Shown here: piece by piece, positions 56,966-64,000 of the stretch
Layout: every line of letters begins with the position of its first letter
Position numbering within the stretch: position 1 is the stretch's first letter
Assembly: GCA_026936335.1 (NCBI GenBank)
Contig: JAPMXV010000073.1
Location: 62,001 to 126,000 of the forward strand
DNA length: 64,000 nucleotides
Direction: 5' to 3'
Source: Mantamonas sphyraenae STR306
Taxonomy: Eukaryota > Protista > CRuMs
Position numbers and translations under genes: made by a program
The notes under the pieces: generated by a model
Told to the model about the DNA's origin: nothing
What the model saw: only the letters and a program-made list of their open reading frames with translations
Database searches by the model: none

Positions 56966-59754
56966 ATGGTCGACTGTCCACATCTTCTTGCCATTGATGT
57001 CGACCATCTGTTTGCACGCTTTTCCAAAGACACATATCTGGTGGGTGACGCTGAAGGGGTGGTGGGGGGGACGCACGGGACGAGGTTGAGTTGGCGAATT
57101 CAAATCCAACTCACACACGCCCTACGTTGGATCACACACACACACACACTCATGGGCTGTATGCAGAACCAAGTGGCATCCAAGGCGTTGCATTGTCGAA
57201 AGTGTAGCGCAGAGATGCCCTTTCTGTGGGCGTGTTTGGAGGTGAGTTTGGCGGGTGCTGTGTGACACAAGGAGAGGGCCAGGAGGAGTTTGCTCACAGC
57301 GTGTGATGGCGCACAACGGCGCGTTTTGCGGACGCATCACAGACGGACTGCTACTTTTTGGGATGTGGAAGGGACCGCAACAAGCATTCGATGCTCCACG
57401 TGGACACAGATGAGGAGAAACACACACTGTGCATCAACCTGAGCACAAAGCAGATCTGGTGCCACCTGTGCGACGCGGAAGTGCTCGACGTAGACACGGC
57501 TGCAGACGCAGAGGACGTGGACGACGAGTGGGCACGCATCATGAAGGAGGTGCACCGAGTGGAGGAGGAGGCCGAGGAGAGTCACTTGGGGCTGGGGGAT
57601 GACGAGGAGGGGGCCAAAGACAACGAGGCGGAAGGTGGCGAGGCGGCGGCGGAGGGAAACAATGACAACGGAGGGGCCAGTGAGGAGGAACGAGCACATG
57701 CAGAGGCACGTGAACAGATGGAAGCCGTGGTCATCGACCTGCGTAGGGTGCGCAGGGCGTTGGATTTTGAATACGTGGGCAGCAGCAAGGACAAGGCGAG
57801 CGGAAGCGTGGGTGGAGGAGGCGGTGGAGGGAGCCGCAAGGGAAAGGTGGGCCTGGTGAACCTGGGCAACACATGTTACCTCAACTCGGCCACACAGAAC
57901 CTGTCCCATTGCAGGGCATTGAGCAGGTACTTTCGCAAGTGCGAAGGGTACCTGCCATCACCCAAACAGGGGCACTTCCTGGGCAAGAATCTTCCTGCTG
58001 CCTTTGTCCTCCTCATGCACAACCTGTGGAACCCGAAACTGGACAGATACGCACCGAAGCCTTTGGTGCGTGAGATCTTTGACATCAATCCGGCGTTCAG
58101 TGGCTACGGCCAGCAGGACAGCCAGGAATACCTCCGCTTGGTTCTCGACTTTCTCCACGAACTCATCAAGGAGGAGGCACCTGTTGATCGACAGCATCTC
58201 GATGGCATTCGAGAAGGCGACGAGATGGTGGATGATGAGGAGAGTGCGTCTGCATCGTCGTCGTCGTCATCGTCATCCTCATCCTCATCCTCCTCGTCGT
58301 CGACGGCGCCCGAAGATGTGATCAAGCAGGGGCCGACGCCGTCTCGGTTTACGAGCATTGTGTCAGAGGTGTTTGAGGGCATTCTGTTGAGTCACGTGAA
58401 GTGTCTGGTGTGCAAGCGGACGTCGAGCAAGTTTGAAAAGTTTTATGATTTGAGCGTGAGCATCCCGTCGAAGCGACAAAACATTTCGGATCGCAAGAAC
58501 AGCGGGGACGAAAAGGATGAGGACGACGATTCTGGGAGCAGTAGTGGCGGCGGTGGTGGCAGCAGCAAGGGGGGCTTCTTCTCGGGGCTTGGTTCGTTCC
58601 TGGGCATGGGCAAGAGCAAGATCACCATCGACGATTGCATCTTTATGTTTTGCGAGCCGGAAAAGCTGACGGGCAGCGAGCGGTACAAGTGTGAGCACTG
58701 TGACAAGTTTACAAACAGTGAGAAGCGATACGAGGTGTGGAAGCTGCCGGAGGTGTTGTGCATCCACCTGAAGCGGTTCCGATACGACATGTTTGGCAGC
58801 AAAGTGAGCACGCCTGTGTCGTTCCCACTGACGGACCTGGACATGGGCATGTATCTGGCCAAGGAGGCCGGGGAACAGTTGCACACGTACGACATGACGG
58901 GCATTGTGAACCACCTCGGGGGCGTGGGTGGAGGCCACTACATTGCCTATTGTCGCAACTACAAGGACGGTCTGTGGTACGAGTACGACGACAGCAGGGT
59001 GTCGCAGGTGGACAAGAACACGGTGCGGGACACGGAGGCATACGTGCTGTTCTACGAACGCAAGCGGCCGGGCCAGGAGAAGGAGCGTGCCACAGTGCGA
59101 GAGATGGTACGATCGCCCAAGGGCAAGGCTCGGTACATGTTGTCCAAAAAGTGGTACCATCGGTTCAAGACCATGAGTGTGCCGGGGCCGATCACAAACA
59201 CAGACTTTCTGTGTGCGCACGGCAACGTCAACCCGAGGGACAGCGAAAAGCTGCCGGCGCTGGTCAAGTTGGTGTCCAAAGAGACGTGGGTGTACCTGTA
59301 CGAACGGTACGGGGGTGGGCCCGAGGTGCGTTCGGAGGGCCAGCGTGTGTGCGAGGTGTGCCTGGAGGCGTTGACGGCGCATCGGGACAGGTGCAACGCG
59401 GAAAAGGCAACCATCAACGAATTGGACCAGTTGCCACGCAAGCAGGGTGACATGTGGTACATCATCGACAACAGCTGGTTGTCAAGGTGGCACACATACA
59501 CAAGCACCCCAACGACCCCGAGGTGGAACACCCGGGTGAGGTGACCAACCGCTTCCTGGTCTCTCAGGATGGCAGGCCACGCAAGGGACTCATCCGTGCC
59601 CACGATTACCGCGGTCTCAACAAGCAAGTGTGGGACTTTTTCATCGAACGCTACGGGTGGCGGGCCTGCCATTGTCTGTCCCCGCCTGGACATCTACAGC
59701 GGGGCCAACGGGGGCGAGGAAGAGGACGATGGGTACTCGTACGGGTACAGTTGA
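56966..59754 (+). CDS. Ubiquitin-specific protease, USP20/USP33-like (zf-UBP, USP catalytic domain, two DUSP domains)
   Basis: Introns 57041..57166 and 57242..57342 build zf-UBP (CPH, CRKC, WACLE, GCGR..H). Cys box GLVNLGNTCYLNS; QQDSQE; His box HLGGVGGGHY; PGPITN and YGGGP DUSPs. Frameshifts at ~59500 and ~59655. Confidence 0.92.
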
Positions 59755-59855
59755 TGATGGGTGTGGGATGGGTGGGATGGGTGGGATGGGTGTGCGGGTT
59801 GGAAGGCAAGCAAAGAAACGATCCCATTCCCTGCTTTTTGTGGTTGGACGAAACA

Positions 59856-60425
59856 ATGAGTGGAGACGCAGAGGTGGATCCATGGGACGCGGTGTTGAAT
59901 GTGGAATCGGATGCGGTGGCGAGTGGGTATGCAGACGGGTGGAAGGAGGGGATTTCGGCGGCGGAAGATGCAGGCAGTGCGTTGGGGGCCAAACAGGGCC
60001 TTGCTGTGGGCCATGAGGTGGGATTCTACATGGGCATGGTGGACACATGGATGTACATACTGGAAAACGACGAGGAGACACGTGCCAGCATGGCATGGTT
60101 GCCAGCACGTGCGCACAAGGCACTTGCACAGCTGCAGGCGCTGCTGGATGAGTTTCCCGTGGACGACCCTCACGACCAGGCGCTTCAGGAGGACATGCAA
60201 CGTGTGCGCACCAAAATCAAACTGCTTGTGTCGTTGCTGCGTGTGCACAAGGTGCAGAGCTACGATGATGCACCGCCGCTGCCCAGCGACGACGGCGACG
60301 GAGCTGACGAGGAGGAGGAGGAGGGGGGTCAGGATGAGGCAGGTGGAACACAACAACAACAGGGAAGCAGCAGTGGGACGAACAGTAGGAGGAGGATTCC
60401 AAATGCATCGGACATTTCATTCTGA
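59856..60425 (+). CDS. LTO1/ORAOV1-like protein (deca-GX3 motif)
   Basis: GYADGWKEG...G...GAKQG..VGHEVGFYMG, RVRTKIK, C-terminal ISF. Confidence 0.85.
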   Translation: MSGDAEVDPWDAVLNVESDAVASGYADGWKEGISAAEDAGSALGAKQGLAVGHEVGFYMGMVDTWMYILENDEETRASMAWLPARAHKALAQLQALLDEFPVDDPHDQALQEDMQRVRTKIKLLVSLLRVHKVQSYDDAPPLPSDDGDGADEEEEEGGQDEAGGTQQQQGSSSGTNSRRRIPNASDISF

Positions 60426-60470
60426 TCGACAGCATGACTCAAGTGTGCCAGAGGGCATCAGGAGGGACGT

Positions 60471-61856
60471 TCACGAGGTGGATGTGCGCAGACGCAACAC
60501 GTTGCGGACATCAGAGGCAAAGCGAAGGACAGAAAGGAAGGAGAGGAGGTCGAGGAGGGCCTCATCGTTGGGATCGGTGACGGCCCAGTCTTCGATGGGG
60601 ATGGCGTTGTCCTTGTTGATGCTGTAGGCGATGGGGGAGTTGTCGACGAGCATGATGGTGTGCATGGGCAAAGCGAGCACGGAAAGATCCTTGATGAAAC
60701 GACCCTGGCGATTGACACAGCTCTGACGAAAGAGCCTGCGTTGGACGAGACCGGTCTTGTCCAACTGGTCGAGGACGGGATTGGCATACTGTTCCAGGGA
60801 GGCAGTGAACACGTAGACATCGTACCATTGGGAGACCTGTTGGAGAAAGTAGTCCACATAGGGGCGTTTGTACACATAAAAGGGCATGCTGTGCTGCTCG
60901 ATGCTCACGTGCACCTGAAAGTCACACTTGATGCGTGTGCCACCCGCAGCCACCATGGTGGCATGCGACAGACTGCTGTGCACCAGTGTCTCATCCAAAT
61001 CCAACACCAGCGTCTTGCCCGTGTGCAACCCCATCGTCGGCGTGCGCACCACCCGCCTGGCAAACTCTGCCGTCTCCTTGCGCATCAACAACGCTCCCAA
61101 CGCCCACTTTAGCCCTTTGTTCCGCTGTGAACTGCGTCCCCCATCCGGAAACAGGAAGCCGCTGGTGGTGCCTGTGCCTGTGGAGGCTGTGCTGGGCGTG
61201 GGACTGCCATTTCGCGCGCCTCGACCCGTCCCTCCTCCTCCTCCTCCGCCACGCCTCGCTGCTGTTGCGTCCACTGTGCTGCCTGTGTCTGCGCCTCCAA
61301 GCAACACAGAGGCACCCGATTCGCCCATGAGGGCTCCCCATTTGCTGCGTGCCGTGTCTGTGCTGTCCACTCGCCGCTGGCGTGGTCGTTGTTGGCTGCT
61401 GCTGTGGTTGGTCAGCACGGAGGCCCCCGACGATTCGGCAAGGGCACCCCCCTGGCTGGATTGCAACGAGGACATGGCCTGTCGTTTGCGCAACACACTG
61501 TTGCTCTGTACAAGGACATCCAACACCGTCACGTCCGCCTGCACCAGTTGTCGAAGCCATAGCTTGGCCTTGGTGCTCATCTTGTCTCCGTCCGGCGGCA
61601 GAGTGAAAAGGCCGTATTCCGAACAGAACGAACGGGGCACCAACTGTTCACAATAAGGACGGAGGGGTGGGGGTGGGGGTGGGAGGGAGTGGATGGTGTG
61701 TGAGTGAGAACCCTGGTGAGAAGGAGAGAGAGAAGGAGAGAGAAATGAGCATACCCAGTTGGCTGTGCGATGGACTATGTCCAACAGACGTGCCATGCAC
61801 ACAAGGAAGAACGTGCGTAGCAATGCAAACAGCCGTGATGGACCTCCTTGTGCCAT
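60471..61856 (-). CDS. CTD nuclear envelope phosphatase (Dullard/Nem1-like, FCP1/SCP family)
   Basis: KTLVLDLDETLVHS, KRPYVDYFL, VFTASLEQYA, DNSPIAY, DEALLDLL..L..LRF..DVR; probable intron 61644..61754. Confidence 0.9.
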   Translation of the reverse strand: MAQGGPSRLFALLRTFFLVCMARLLDIVHRTANWVCSFLSPSLSPSHQGSHSHTIHSLPPPPPPLRPYCEQLVPRSFCSEYGLFTLPPDGDKMSTKAKLWLRQLVQADVTVLDVLVQSNSVLRKRQAMSSLQSSQGGALAESSGASVLTNHSSSQQRPRQRRVDSTDTARSKWGALMGESGASVLLGGADTGSTVDATAARRGGGGGGGTGRGARNGSPTPSTASTGTGTTSGFLFPDGGRSSQRNKGLKWALGALLMRKETAEFARRVVRTPTMGLHTGKTLVLDLDETLVHSSLSHATMVAAGGTRIKCDFQVHVSIEQHSMPFYVYKRPYVDYFLQQVSQWYDVYVFTASLEQYANPVLDQLDKTGLVQRRLFRQSCVNRQGRFIKDLSVLALPMHTIMLVDNSPIAYSINKDNAIPIEDWAVTDPNDEALLDLLSFLSVLRFASDVRNVLRLRTSTS

Positions 61857-62116
61857 GGGGGGGGGGGGGGAAAGAGTTGTGGTGGCCCTGTCATCGCCGC
61901 CGCCACCTGAATAGACACACACACACACACACAAGAGACCACTCTCCTCCTCTCTGTGTTTTCCGTCTGTCTGTCTGTTTCTGTGCCATGTGTACATTGA
62001 TTGATGGGCCTTTCTCTCTCTCTCCCTCTCTCTCACCCGGTGTCTCTCGTGTGTGTGTTGCAAATGCTCTCTCTCTCTCTCTCCTCACCTCCTCCCCACT
62101 TCCCTTCGAATGTGCT

Positions 62117-63226
62117 TCACTTGCTGCTCTCTTCCGTGAGCGAGTCGATGAGCTCCTGGAGCGGGGCGAGCTCCTTGGTGTCGACGAGGGAAAACTCGTC
62201 GAGGAAGAAGTAAAAGTGTTTGAAGCAGGTGTTCAGGTGTGCCTCCTCACCCAGGGAGCAGATCTTCTGGAAGTGAGAGTAGTAAATGTGGGCGTAGACG
62301 CGGAAGAGACGCTTGAAAATGTTGCCCACAATGGTTTGGAAGTTCTTGGGAAAGGCCACATCCACCTTGGACGGGAAGATGTCCTCGTCGTCCAGCTGGT
62401 CCTGCACCCATGTCATCAGGTAGTCCACATACTCGGGTGCACTCACTTTGATTGCCTTTTTGATCTTGACCCCATCCGCCCACAGGTACTCGTACTTTTG
62501 CCCTGCGCTCATCACCGGGCACGACTCCGGTGTGCAAAACTCTGTGATCGACCCGTACAGCAGGTTGATTTGGTTGAAAAAGTCAACCGCTGCATGGGTG
62601 AGGATGTGTGTAACAGGATGTGTGTGTGCGTGTACGTGTGCGTGAGTGTGTGCAGTGTTTGTGTCGGTGTGGGGAAGGCGTTTGGGTTTGCGGGAAAACG
62701 TGCCCAAGGCCAAGCCCTCTTTGGCTCCTGCCGCCCTTTGCAAACGCACTATTGACTGCCAGCCATTCGTTCAGATCCTCTCCTTCGGGCAGCGTGACGG
62801 CAGCTCGCAGGTTGCCCGAACCAAGCGTGGCCTTGGCCTGCTTGTGCAACTCATAGCGCTTGGTGCCGATCTGGAAATTCTTCTTTGGTTTGAACGTCTT
62901 GCTTTGGTTGCCACTGCAAGTCACGACACACCGTGTCAGCACACAGAGAGAGAGAGAGAGAGAAAGGGAGGGAGAGAGGGAGAGAGAGAATGAGGGACCT
63001 TGGAAGCCACCGGTCATCCACACACGAGGTGTGTGTGCATTGGAATGGGACGCGGGAGGCTGGCACGGAGAGAGAGCACATATTTTGCAGCGCGCAGTCA
63101 GGAATTTCCCACTGCGTGGCACAGGAGGGAGCGGGCGTGGGGAGAAACACACGCAGTGGCATGTGGGCACATGTGCATGTGCATGGGTTGACAAACGTAC
63201 AAGAGGCCACCGAGGATGCTGGACAT
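62117..63226 (-). CDS. MOB1: MOB kinase activator 1, 3 exons
   Basis: [33 protein letters not shown]|[32 protein letters not shown]; introns 62914..63200 and 62590..62749. Confidence 0.96.
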
Positions 63227-63295
63227 GTTTTGGGAGGATCGGAATGGTGCCACCTGCGCTGGCGTCGACAAAAAGGTCGCGAGAGCGGGTGCGAA

Positions 63296-64000
63296 ATGAG
63301 TCGGACAGAGGAGACGGGACAGGATGTGGTGTTGCACATCCTGGTGGCTGGGTTCCACCATAAGAAGGGCAACCACGTGGAGTTCATCTACCCGGAGCCC
63401 GGAGGAGGGGGCGGAGGCGGAGCCCAGGCGAATGGCGCGGTGGCCAGCGAGGAGGAGACGACGAAGGAGGAGGAGGAGGAGGCCGGAGGGGACACAGACA
63501 CCGCATCCAATGGGGCAACGGAGGGGGGATTGGGAATGGATCAGGTGGTGGTGGAAGAGGATGCGTCTGTGGTGTTGCCTGTGGCATGGGAGGCGTTACC
63601 GTTCCTTGCGTTGCCCGATGGGGCCCACGCGTACGACGAAGACTACACCTACTTCACGCTGCCCGGGTTGAACACGACCACGGCGGGGCCGGGGACGACG
63701 ACGGTGGCGGCGGCGGAGAACGTGTACTGTGTGTCGTGCTTCCAACAAATCCGCATGGAGGATGTGCCGGAGGAGAAGCGTCGCACGGACTGGAAACGAA
63801 GCAGCATCCAAAAGGCGGTGTGTGTGATTGCCCGCGTGCCCTTCTACGCCACTCTGCGCAACAGTTTGCATGCAATCACACGTGCGTACTTCCACGACCA
63901 TTTTGACGACCTGGCCATGTTGAAGGAGTCGCTGGCCACCATGAATGCCAACATTCTGCGTGCGGTGCACGATCCCTCGCAGCTGTACAACGGCTTCTCC
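63296..64000 (+). CDS. AVL9: AVL9-like DENN-domain trafficking protein (3' partial; not in ORF track)
   Basis: Open frame from ATG 63296: [48 protein letters not shown]. Confidence 0.9.
   Translation, partial: MSRTEETGQDVVLHILVAGFHHKKGNHVEFIYPEPGGGGGGGAQANGAVASEEETTKEEEEEAGGDTDTASNGATEGGLGMDQVVVEEDASVVLPVAWEALPFLALPDGAHAYDEDYTYFTLPGLNTTTAGPGTTTVAAAENVYCVSCFQQIRMEDVPEEKRRTDWKRSSIQKAVCVIARVPFYATLRNSLHAITRAYFHDHFDDLAMLKESLATMNANILRAVHDPSQLYNGFS

Overview
Gene-dense nuclear DNA from a unicellular eukaryote. It has short GT-AG spliceosomal introns with CTGAC/CTCAC/CTAAC branch sites, (CA)n/(GT)n microsatellites, and the standard code (TGA, TAA and TAG all end conserved genes). The gene set includes WAVE, UFC1, TMEM181, USP20/33 and MOB1; the lineage cannot be fixed from this window. 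The left ~20 kb looks like an accessory immunity/recognition island. It holds a ~5 kb tandem duplication of a spliced SAM-like–CHAT(caspase-like)–NB-ARC–TPR NLR-type gene whose 129-bp repeats vary at a fixed set of codons, a DUF3825-like protein with PAM2-like and RGG motifs, an orphan gene, and an SBBP-propeller/Cys-rich/7TM/UVR receptor with variable blades. The remaining ~44 kb is about 27 mostly housekeeping genes packed head-to-head and tail-to-tail. Notable among them are a single-domain TLEDWTD cation channel, a spliced secreted phage-type GH24 lysozyme, degenerate photolyase and 14-3-3 paralogs, a TTC39-DEP-DUF547 fusion and a three-WH2 WAVE. Strong G/C-skew domains ignore gene orientation. 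About a dozen small frameshifts, mostly at homopolymers or short repeats, are probably long-read errors. All protein calls come from motif recognition by eye; no database searches were run.
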